Below, piece after piece: positions 52,401 to 63,244 of a stretch of DNA of 64,000 nt. Under the pieces are notes generated by a model. It was not told the origin of the DNA. It was given only the letters and a program-made list of their open reading frames with translations, and did not search any database. The position numbers were made by a program, and so were the translations under genes. The stretch's first letter is position 1. The number at the start of each line of letters is the position of its first letter. The stretch spans positions 22,258,001 through 22,322,000 of the forward strand of contig OX597842.1 in NCBI GenBank assembly GCA_951406725.2, in the 5' to 3' direction. The stretch is from Octopus vulgaris (taxonomy: Eukaryota).

Positions 52401-53369
52401 GGGCGTCGATAAATTAAGTATCAGTCACGCACTAGAGTCGATGAAATCGAATTAATCCCTTCCCCAAAATTTGAGGCCTTGTGTTTCCAATAGAAAGGAT
52501 TATTATTATAGTTACAACCTTAAAATAAATCTTTGTCAATTTAGCGTTTTCAGATGCAAGCAGTGAATGAGCGCCCGATAAAGAGGGTCACATTAACATA
52601 TGGCAAGATCGCCTAACATATTATTACTACCAGTCATTTATTCACCCATCATGTCTTTATGTCTCTTCTCGTCCAAAATGAGGTCAAACAAATCTTCACC
52701 TTCCTCATCTAACATCACTACCCTTTTTACTTTCCGGTACAACACCCTCTATACCACAGAACCTAAACCAAAAGTAATTTTCATCAATAAAGTTAAATCT
52801 TTTAATTAACAAATATAAACTGCTAATGGGTCTATAAACAGATAATTTAATTATTCGCTTGATAAGTATTTACATATATGTTCAGCTTATTCAGTCTATT
52901 TTTGTATTTCTCCGCATTGTTTTCGTTCCATTTTTAGTCACACAGATAAGGTGGAGAGCTGTAAGAATAGTTAGCACGCCGGACAAAATGCGTAAAGGCA
53001 TTTCGTCCGTCTTTACGCTCAGAGTTAACATTCCGTCGAGGTCGATCAAATAGGGGCAGAGATCTCGGCCAAAAAGGTCAGATTTTCTCAGTTTAACGGG
53101 AAATTTTCAAATTTTTTTTGTAAACACACGTAAACAACTAGCCCCAACCTTCACCAAGATATAAGGCCTTGCGCCCATAGTAGACAGAATTATAGGCGAA
53201 ATTAAATAATACGTACACCAGGTGTTTAGGCTTAGCATTGGGGTTTTACAAAACCCCTAATCCTAAGCACCTGGTGTACGAATTATTTACAGAAAACTGG
53301 TGGTGTACGTATTATCTACCTCCACCCGAATTATTATTATTATTACAGTTTTAAAGCAAACCTTTGCCA

Positions 53370-53700
53370 ACTTACCGTTTTCAAATGTAACCAGTAATCG
53401 ATAAATAACCGGACAATATTAACATATGGTTATTATTATTATTATATACTCAGTTGTTGACCCTCGATGTTTCCACTTTTCACGTCGGTTGACCGTTCAA
53501 AAATGAGGTCACGCTATATCTCCCGCTTTCCTCACCTGATAATCGCTTCCTCTTTTACTTCCCGTTGCAATATTCTAAATTAATTCTCTACATCACGAAG
53601 GTGAAGCCAAAAGCGTTACTTATTAATACTGTTAATTTTTTTTAATTAATTAAAAATAAAAAGTAAAGTACTAACGGGTTATAGGTTATAGATTATTTAA
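53370..53700 (-). promoter_or_regulatory. Candidate first exon/promoter of ZNF-C
   Basis: Minus-strand donor ACG|GTAAGT at ~53376 in unique sequence. A diverged duplicate lies at 52538-52850. Confidence 0.4.
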
Positions 53701-53817
53701 ATAAATGACTTTCAAAACGTGTTCGTATTCGTTCCGCTTTCGCAGGACATCCAATGTTTTTTTTTGCGGTTTCCACGCATTGTTTTGTTGCTTTCTTAAC
53801 ACACTACTTACATACTT

Positions 53818-53852
53818 CACACACACATACACACACACACACACATACACAA

Positions 53853-53911
<59 letters not shown>

Positions 53912-53952
53912 ACACACACACACAAACACACAGAGACACACACACACAGACA

Positions 53953-53992
<40 letters not shown>

Positions 53993-54211
53993 CGCACAGA
54001 CACAAACACACACACACAGACACACACAAACACACAGGGACACACACAAACACACAGACACAAACACAGACACACACAAACACGCACAGACACACACACA
54101 CAGACACAACACACACACACACACACAGACACACACAAACACACAGAGACACAGACACAAACACACAGACACAAACACAGACACACACAAACACACAGAC
54201 ACACACACACA

Positions 54212-54253
<42 letters not shown>

Positions 54254-54280
54254 GAGACACAGACACAAACACACACACAC

Positions 54281-54317
<37 letters not shown>

Positions 54318-54430
54318 ACAGAGACACACACACACACAAACACACAGACACACACACACACAGACACACACAAACACACAGAGACACAGACACACACACA
54401 GGCACAAACACGCACAGACACACACACACA
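53818..54430. repeat. Compound (AC)n microsatellite, ~610 bp
   Basis: Directly visible, with interspersed ACAG/ACAA variants. Confidence 0.97.
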
Positions 54431-55010
54431 GGTAATCGTTCCGTAAGTCAGGGATAACATTGAAATAAATAAACTGGGGAATGAGTTCGGTACTATTTAA
54501 GAAGAGTGATCCAGGTGCGCGCATCCGCACTAAGTAGTCGTGACTAGTCGATTCTACAACGACTACCTATCGAAGTAAATAAAACAGAAAATAAATAATT
54601 TTTTTACATAGGCGTGGTAAGTAGCTTGCTAACCAACCACATGGTTCCGGGTTCAGTCCCACTGCATAGCACCTTGGGTAAGTGTCTTCTACTATAGCCT
54701 CGGGCCGACCAAAGCCTTGTGAGTGGATTTGGTAGACGGAAACTGAAAGAAGCCCGTCGTATATATGTGTGTGTGTGTGTGTGTGTGTTTGTGTGTCTGC
54801 GTTTGCCCCCCACCCCACCAACATCGCTTGACAACCGATGCTGGTGTGTTTACGTCACCGTAACTTAGCGGTTCGCGAAAAGAGACCGATAGAATAAGTA
54901 CTAGGCTTACAAAGAATAAGTCCTGGGGTGGATTTGCTCGACTAAAGGCGGTGCTCCAGCATGGCCACAGTCAAATTACTGAAACAAGTAAAAGAGTACA
55001 GTAAATAATT

Positions 55011-55276
55011 TGGATCTTTTCCTTTGGAACGGCAGTTTTCAACACAATTTCTATTTAACTAAACACTTTTAAACTTCGTATACTGGTAGAATGAGGCCAT
55101 AGATTGGTTAAAATTCGAAAACTTAAACTACGTTAAACTTACAAATTACAATTTATCAAGAGTGCCAGGAGAAAAAAATGTTTTATTTTGACACATTCTA
55201 CCAGTATACAAAGTTTTAAAGTGTTTAGTTAACTAGAAATTGTGTTGAAAAGTGCCGTTCAAAAGGAAAAGATCCA
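55011..55276. mobile_element. MITE with ~80-bp TIRs
   Basis: TGGATCTTTTCCTTTGGAACGGCA... / ...TGCCGTTCAAAAGGAAAAGATCCA. Relatives lie at 16347-16565 and 44523-45010. Confidence 0.75.
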
Positions 55277-56623
55277 AGACGGAAAATATATCTCTCTCTT
55301 TTTACTCTTTACTCTTTTACATGTTTCAGTCATTTGACTGCGGCCATGCTGGAGCACCGCCTTTAGTCGAGCAACTCGACCCCGGGACTTATTCTTTTGT
55401 AAGCCCAGTACTTATTCTATCGGTTTCTTTTTGCCGAACCGCTAAGTGACGGGGACGTAAACACACCAGCATCGGTTGTCAAGCAATGCTAGGGGTACAA
55501 ACACAGACACACAAACACATACATATATATATACATATATACGACAGGCTTCTTCCAGTTTCCGTCTACCAAATCCACTCACAAGGCATTGGTCGGCCCG
55601 GGGCTATAGCAGAAGACTTGCCCAAGATGCCACGCAGTGGGACTGAACCCGGAACCATGTGGTTGGTAAACTAGCTACTTACCACACAGTCACTCCTTCT
55701 TTATTACCCACAAAGGGCTAAACATAGAGGGGACAAACAAGGACAGACATAGGTATTAAGTCGATTACATCGACCCTAGTGCGTAACTGGTACTTAATTT
55801 ATCGACCCCGAAAGGATGAAAGGCAAAGTCGACCTCGGCGGAATTTGAACCCAGAACGTAACGGCAGACGAAATACGGCTATGCATTTCGCCCCGCATGC
55901 TAACGTTTCTGCCAGCTCCCTGCCTTAGGACGGAAAATATATCTTCGTAACTCAAAGAAGAAGGATTTAGGTTGTAGAGGCTACCGGAGGCGAGATTCGA
56001 ACCTCTAGTTCCCACAGCAACCCCTCCCACCAAAACAGAACACTCTTCTTGGTCTACGAACAGAGATAGTCTGTACCTTTTAACGTCACTTCCGCTTTCA
56101 AAGCCATCAATATCGGATGTCTGTCGAATAATTGCTACGACGAAATCGTTGCATAGTTTTCATTGTGTTATATTTGAATGCAAGGGAGCCTTAATCATCA
56201 ACACAAACTTTAATTAACGAGATAATAATTAAAAAAACAGGCAAGTGAGGATTATGACATGAGTTGTCCTCCCTTACTTAGTAACAATGCGTACGCAGTA
56301 AGTCTCCCAATATCAAAGAGGTGTCCGTTTCTTTTATCCTCGGTTACCATCTCAGCACGTTTTATAAGAATATCCCTAATTACTACTACTACTACTTTAC
56401 ACAGATTGTAGCACGATCCTTTATGAACCATTTCTGTAAGTATTGTAGACTTTTTTCTTTAAATATAAAATTATTTCATTCATAACAATTGCAGCGTGGA
56501 AGGTGTTTGTAAGCCATTTAAGAAACACAAAAACCGTTCGATTCATTTCAACATTTAAATTTAATTTGTCAAAATATTTTCGTCGCTTTAAGACCGTGAC
56601 CTGTTCACTGACAAAATTCCATG

Positions 56624-56660
<37 letters not shown>

Positions 56661-56661
<1 letters not shown>

Positions 56662-56842
56662 TAAGTAATTAAGGGTTTAGCAACGATTTGCCTCACCACA
56701 CACCGAATTTAGAAATAGCAGTCAAAGAGTTTTGGCTATTCTTTCCACTTTCAAGTAGAAGGAATAGCCAAAACTCTTTGACTGCTATTTCTAAATTCGG
56801 TGTGTGGTGAGGCAAATCGTTGCTAAACCCTTAATTACTTAG
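56661..56842. repeat. Near-perfect 182-bp palindrome (foldback/MITE) in a (TA)n context
   Basis: The ~80-bp outer arms are exact reverse complements, with the centre at 56751-56752. Confidence 0.9.
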
Positions 56843-57127
56843 TATTACTTAAACCTTCCTTGAATGGGGCTTTTACATGCCATATATATATATATATATA
56901 AGTCGTAAGACACCTGCTGTTTTTGTCTTGTTATTACTATTATTGTTTCTTGTATTTATAGTCGTGTGGCATCGTCCGTTTTTCTGTCCTTGTTTCGTAT
57001 ACATTCTATCCTTTTTCCAAGAAATCTAATGCTCGTAGCTTAGTTTTTCTTTGGGGCTGGCCGGATCAGAGCGATCTCAAGATTAATCAGCCGAAATTGC
57101 GAGGATGATCCGGTTCTTGACTGAAAA

Positions 57128-57950
57128 TTAGAGGCTTCGAATGACCCGTCCGTTTTTTTGTGTCGTCTATTTGAGTGTTTTGCGTTCTTGTCCCATTTTT
57201 TATATATAAGGTTGTCCCAAAAGTTCGTAAAAACTTTGCAAAAATTTGAATTTTTATGCAATTTTTAATTGTTTGTTTGGGTTTATATTGTTATAGTCAA
57301 TTTTCGTAAGTGTTTACGAACTTTTGGGACAACCTAATATATATTACGGAGATGTACTTGCATAGCAAGTGATTTGATCTGAGATCGTGTGTGTGGAACG
57401 AAAACAATTGCAGCGTGTAAGGTGTTTGTAAGTCATTTAAGAAACACACAAAATCCGTTAGATTCATTTCAACATTTAAGTTTAATTTGTCAAAATATTT
57501 TCGTCGCTTTAAGACCGTGACCCGTTCACTGACAGCACAGCACGGATTTTTGTCAATGAACAGGTCGCGGTCTGAAAGCGACGAAATTATTTTGACAAAT
57601 TTAAATGTTAAAGTGAATCGAGCGGCTTTTGTGTGTTTCTTAAATGGCTTACAAACACCTTCCACGCTGCAATTGTTTTCGTTCCAGCACACGATTTCAG
57701 ATCAAATCACTTGCTATGCAAGTACATCTCCGTAATATATATTAGGTTGTCCCAAAAGTTCGTAAACACTTACGAAAATTGACTATAACAATATAAACCC
57801 AAACAAACAATTAAAAATTGCATAAAAATTCAAATTTTCGCAAAGTTTTTACGAACTTTTGGGACAACCTTATATATAAAAAATGGGACAAGAACGCAAA
57901 ACACTCAAATAGACGACACAAAAAACGGACGGGTCATTCGAAGCCTCTAA
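57128..57950. repeat. ~820-bp inverted repeat (arms ~400 bp), each arm carrying a nested 127-bp MITE
   Basis: TTAGAGGCTTCGAATGACCC... / ...GGGTCATTCGAAGCCTCTAA. Nested TIR AGGTTGTCCCAAAAGTTCGTAAA at 57209-57335 and 57744-57870. Confidence 0.92.
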
Positions 57951-58857
57951 ACGCCCTATATTAACCCACTTGCTATGCAAGTACATCTCCGTATTTCATT
58001 CATGAAAGTATTAAACGTCGGGGAACTTTCAGGCGGCGGGCTGGAATATCGGAATATCGCCCAATAAGTTGGATTTTTCTCTGCCTTGACGGGGATTTTT
58101 CAAATTTTTTTTCTCATCGCACACTTTGAAATAACCATGGAATGGTTTTACGTAAAAAAAAAAGTCGTGAAAATTTGTTTTTACTGTCAGAACAAAAAAA
58201 ATCCAATTTATTTATGTAGACGAGCTATTCCAGATCTACGCGGAATTTTGAATTAGTTATCCCTTAAGTTGGAATTTTTCCAATTTAGTTGGGATTTTTT
58301 TCAACTTTTATTATTTATTTATTTTTTTGTATCCCACATTTTAAAACGATGGGAAAAGAAGAAGCCTTAAAAAATATTTAACATTCTATCTTTGCCCCTC
58401 CATTTTCTCCCGGTAAATATTTCGGAAAAGACCTGGAGTGGCTGTGTGGTAAGTAGCTTGCTAACCAACCACATGGTTCCGGATTCAGTCCCACTGCGTG
58501 GCATCTTGGGCAAGTGTCTTCTGCTATAGCCCCGGGCCGACCAAAGCCTTGTGAGTGGATTTGGTAGACGGAAACTGAAAGAAGCCTGTCGTATATATGT
58601 ATGTATATATATATATGTATGTGTGTGTGTGCGTGTGTGTATCTGTGTTTGTCCCCCTAGCATTGCTTGACAACCGATGCTGGTGTGTTTATGTCCCCAT
58701 TACTTAGCGGTTCGGCAAAAGAGACCGATAGAATAAGTACTGGGCTTACAAAAGAATAAGTCCCGGGGTCGAGTTGCTCGATTAAAGGTGGTGCTCCAGC
58801 ATGGCCGCAGTCAAATGACTGAAACAAGTAAAAGAGTAAAAAAAGAGAGAGAGTCCA

Positions 58858-59286
58858 TACCTCGGTGTGAAATAACCTTTTCCCACAAGCTTTTTCGAGT
58901 GTATCCAACGTATCTGACCTTCACCCGCCGCAAGTCACTTTTTTCCGCAGAAGAAAGTTGGGACAGGGGTCAAAAAATTATTCCACAGCGAGATATCGGC
59001 AGGTACTTTATCGCAAATAGCTCTTACGTGGTAGCAGGGCGTGCTAGAAATAGCAGCCAAATTTTTCCTTTTTCTGGGGAAAGGAGCAGTTTATGCGTGA
59101 TTTCGATGTCACATTCGTTGAAAGTATGTGACATAACCTGGAAAAGAAAAACAAACTCCCTCGAAACAAAACTCCGAGCCTTCCTCCTTCTTTTCCGGAA
59201 AAAGTTGTTTGCGGTGGGTTTGGAGAGCAGATACGTTGAATGCATGCGAAAAAACACGTGGAAAAAAATTATTTCACACCAAGGTA
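58858..59286. mobile_element. MITE-like element
   Basis: TIRs TACCTCGGTGTGAAATAA / TTATTTCACACCAAGGTA. Confidence 0.6.
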
Positions 59287-60183
59287 CGACTATAGCTAAC
59301 ACTATTTGATTTTAGGTTTATATATATATATATATATATAGGCGCAGTGGTAAGTAGCTTGCTTACGAACTACATGGTTCCGGGTTCAGTCCCACTGTCT
59401 TCTACTATAGCCTTGGGCCGACCCAAGCCTTGTGAGTGGATTTGGTAGACGGAAACCGAAAGAAGCCCGTCGTATATATGTACATATATATGTGTGTATG
59501 TGCGTGTTTGTGTGTCTGTGTTTGTCCCCCCAACATCGCTTGACAACCGATGCTGGTGTGTTTACGTCCCCGTCACTTAGCGGTTCGGCAAAAAGAGACC
59601 GATAAAATAAGTACTAGGCTTACAAAGAATAAGTCCTGGGATCGAGTAAAAGAGAGAGAAAGAGTAGAGTATATATACACACTAGCCTTGAAGCTGCCCT
59701 TCAGGTGGCATTCATTCCAACTCCTGCAGAGGCGTTATCGGGAAGTTTCAAGGCCTTCTACCTTTGTGTAATGAAACTTATTTCTGCAAATGTGCTAAGC
59801 GCCAATGCTGATCATAGTTCAATCAATAAGTTTAGAAGCAAGGTGAATGCAGTAAAAATAGGAGGGATCAATGGGACCCCCATTTAAGTGGCCCTTCAGA
59901 AATTGAACCTCCTTACAATACTCCCTCGGAGTTCATGGTATGAAATTCATCAACATTGTTCCAATTTGGTCACCAATGCCATGTATTTAGTTTAAAAGGC
60001 AGAAAAAGTAGGTGGGTTGGGGGTCAGTGGAGCCCCAATTAGGCAGTCCTTAAAAAAGTAGGCTCCCTTAGGACATTCCCTGGTATTAGGGGTGTTGCTG
60101 CTTTGAGTTTTGTTGTCCTTGCACCAACGGTCTAGGAGAAAAATGTAACAGACAGAGAAACATCACTCAGATTTATATCAAGA

Positions 60184-61215
60184 CTAGTAGTATTGCCCGG
60201 CGTTGCTCGGGTTTGTTTTGACCCTTTAGAATTGGAATTTTTGAAAAGTAAAAATTTTGCATTATGTAGCTTGGCATTCTCTTCAAGTGAACATTTTTCT
60301 GGTTGGAATACACTATCTCCTCCGAGACCCTGCGGCGCAAGTTGACCAAAATTGAGAGTATGATAGAAGAAGGCTTGCTCTTCATTCCGTAGAAGAAAAA
60401 ATTCAAATCGGACCATGTTAATACCAAAAATTATTTACATCAAAAAGGTGCTTTTTTTCTATGAAAATCCCTATTTTTTACGATTTTTTGACTGCTCTAT
60501 CATCATTTTTCGGTGTATTTCAACCAGAAAAATGTTCACTCAAAGAGAATATCAAGCTACATAATGCAAAATTTTTACTTTTCTAAAATTCCAGTTCTAA
60601 AGGGTCAAAACAAACCCGAGCGATACTGCTAGTCTATATATATAAAGCTGAAGTTGTCTGTGTGTGGCAGGTTTGGTAGCCTTCAACTAACACTATCAGT
60701 ATGATAGAAGAAGGCTTGCTCTTCCTTCCATAGAAGAAAAAATTCAAATCAGACCATGTTAACACCAAAAATTATTTACATCAAAAAGATGCTTTTTTTC
60801 TATGAAAATCCCTTATTTTTTACGATTTTTACGATTTTTTACGACTGCTGTGTCGTCATTTTTCAGTGTATTTCAACCAGAAAAATGTTCACTTAAAGAG
60901 AATAACAAGCTACATAATGCAAAATTTTTACTTTTCAAAAATTCCAATACTAAAGGGTCGAAAGCAACACTGGGCGATACTGCTAGTATATACATAAAGC
61001 TGAAGTTGTCTGTGTATGGCAGGTTTGGTAGCCTTCAACTAACACTAACTCTTCCGAGACCCTGCAGTGCAAGTTGACCAAAATTGAGAGTATGATAGAA
61101 GAAGGCTTGCTCTTCCTTCCGTAGAAGAAAACATTCAAATCGGACCATGTTAACACCAAAAATTATTTACATCACAAAGGTGCTTTTTTTCTATGAAAAT
61201 CCCTATTTTTTACAG
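60184..61215 (+). mobile_element. Head-to-tail Helitron-like array with an inverted 3' end
   Basis: Junctions CTGCTAG|TCTATATATATAAAG at 60632 and CTGCTAG|TATATACATAAAG at 60986. 60184-60310 is an inverted copy of the 3' end. Confidence 0.75.
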
Positions 61216-61380
61216 TTTATATGTATGTATCTATGTATGTATGTATGTATATATTATGAATGTATATATATGTATAAATATGTCTATATATATATATATG
61301 TATTACTATATATGTGTGTGTATGTATGTATATATATATATATATATATACATACATACATACATGCATACACATACACA

Positions 61381-61592
61381 CAGAGGGAGTGCCAAGAAGT
61401 TCCTGGCTTTATGGGTATCGTGAAAGGCCCGGTTGGAGGCCCAACTTTCTGAGTTCTTTTACAGGGCTTAGAAAAACTGAAGGATTACTACAATAAGTGT
61501 GTGAATCTGAGAGGGGAATATATTGAATACAATCATAACTGATCCTTCTATATTTTCTTTTACCCAAAGCCAGGAACTTTTCACCAACACTC
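61381..61592 (+). mobile_element. Internally deleted mariner element
   Basis: TIR cores AAGTTCCTGGCTTT / AAAGCCAGGAACTT and residual GLEKL..YNKCVNLRGEYIE C-terminus. Confidence 0.7.
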
Positions 61593-61972
61593 ATATATAA
61601 ATATATAATAATGTACGTGTGTTTGTAGACATTTTATATATCTTTTATATTTTGTTTATTCTTTCAGATAATCCAATGAAATTGGCGTCAAAGAATTTAG
61701 ACCTGATATAATCCTGTTGGTATTAATCTTCTAGAATTAATCTAAAAGTTCTCTTTTGAACTCGGACCAATGGGAAAATTTTTCTTAATTACTTTCCGGA
61801 AACGATTCAGGAAGATACATCTGCATGCTAATTACAGAGGAGATTTGCAACAGCTTCATATATTGACAAACACTTCAGTTGATGGAAATTTATCGGTGAT
61901 TATATAAGGATTTTGTTAAGGATTAACAGTAAAAACAAACATCTGTATGTTTGTGGTGAGACTAGAATAATT

Positions 61973-63244
61973 ATGGAAAATGAATTCTGTGAGAACAAGA
62001 TTGAATGCAATGCAGATTTTCAAAGGAGTGATTCTCCTGATTCTGTGATGAAAGAAACGGGGAAAACATCGTACCAATGTGATATCTGTGAGAAGACATT
62101 TTCTCAAAAATGTCGACTCACTGCACACAGCCGTATTCATACGGGAGAGAAGCCATATCACTGTAATATCTGTGGCAACTCGTTCTCTCACAAGGGCAAC
62201 TTAACATCTCACCAACGTATTCATAGCGGTAACAATCTATATCAGTGTGATATCTGTGATAAATCATTCTATCAAAAGGGCCACCTTATTAATCACCAAC
62301 GAATTCACACAGAAGAAAAACCGTTTAACTGTGATGTCTGCGGTAAATCATTCTCTCAGAAAGGTAACCTCACTACGCACAACCATATTCATACAGGGGA
62401 GAAACCATATCATTGTGATATTTGCGGTAAATCATTCTCTCAGAAATACTATTTAATCAACCACCAACGCACTCATACGGGAGAGAAACCATACCGTTGT
62501 GATACCTGTGGTAAATCATTCTCCCAAAGAAACAACCTAATTGTGCACAGACGCATTCATACAGGGAAGAAACTGTATCAGTGCTCGGTATGCGGAAAAT
62601 CAATCTCTGGGACAAGTAATTTAACTAAACACATACTCACTCATACAGGAGAGAAGCCATATCACTGTGACATCTGTAGTAAATCATTCTCTTGTGGTAA
62701 CACCTTGACTAGGCACAAACGTATTCATACGGGAGAAAAACCGTATCAGTGTGATGCCTGTGGTAAATCGTTCTCTGATAATGGTGGATTAACTGTTCAT
62801 AGACGTATTCACACAGGAGAGAAACCATATCACTGTGATGTCTGTGATAAGTCATTCGCTCAGAATACCGAGTTAGCTACTCACAAACGTATTCACACAG
62901 GCGAGAAGCCGTATCACTGTGAAGCTTGTGGCAAATCTTTCTCTCGCAAGTACAACTTGATTTCCCACCGACGTATTCATACAGGAGAAAAACCGTATTG
63001 CTGTGATATCTGTGGTAAATCCTTCTCCCAGAGAAACAATTTGATAGTACACAAACGCACGCATACAGGCGAAAAGCTGTACCAATGTTCCGTTTGCGGT
63101 AAGTCGTTCTGTCAAAAGGGCGAGTTGACTTCTCACGAACGTACTCATACAGGTGAGAAACCATATCGCTGTGATACCTGTGGGAAATCCTTCTCGCAAA
63201 GACATCACTTAACTACGCACATAGGCGTCCATACAGAAAAGTAA
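61973..63244 (+). CDS. ZNF-D: C2H2 zinc-finger protein, 423 aa, 14 fingers
   Basis: ATG at 61973 (MENEFCEN...) and 14 canonical fingers. Predicted acceptor ctttcag at 61667. Confidence 0.92.
   Translation: MENEFCENKIECNADFQRSDSPDSVMKETGKTSYQCDICEKTFSQKCRLTAHSRIHTGEKPYHCNICGNSFSHKGNLTSHQRIHSGNNLYQCDICDKSFYQKGHLINHQRIHTEEKPFNCDVCGKSFSQKGNLTTHNHIHTGEKPYHCDICGKSFSQKYYLINHQRTHTGEKPYRCDTCGKSFSQRNNLIVHRRIHTGKKLYQCSVCGKSISGTSNLTKHILTHTGEKPYHCDICSKSFSCGNTLTRHKRIHTGEKPYQCDACGKSFSDNGGLTVHRRIHTGEKPYHCDVCDKSFAQNTELATHKRIHTGEKPYHCEACGKSFSRKYNLISHRRIHTGEKPYCCDICGKSFSQRNNLIVHKRTHTGEKLYQCSVCGKSFCQKGELTSHERTHTGEKPYRCDTCGKSFSQRHHLTTHIGVHTEK

Noticed and set aside
53686-54530. Long ORFs (HT/CV-rich, 218-250 aa)
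   Set aside because: They are translations of an (AC)n microsatellite.
58788-59309. 173-aa ORF
   Set aside because: It begins in a SINE tail and runs through a TIR element, with no recognisable domain.
62873-63208. Antisense and alternate-frame ORFs over ZNF genes
   Set aside because: They are expected shadows of the 84-bp periodic finger repeats.
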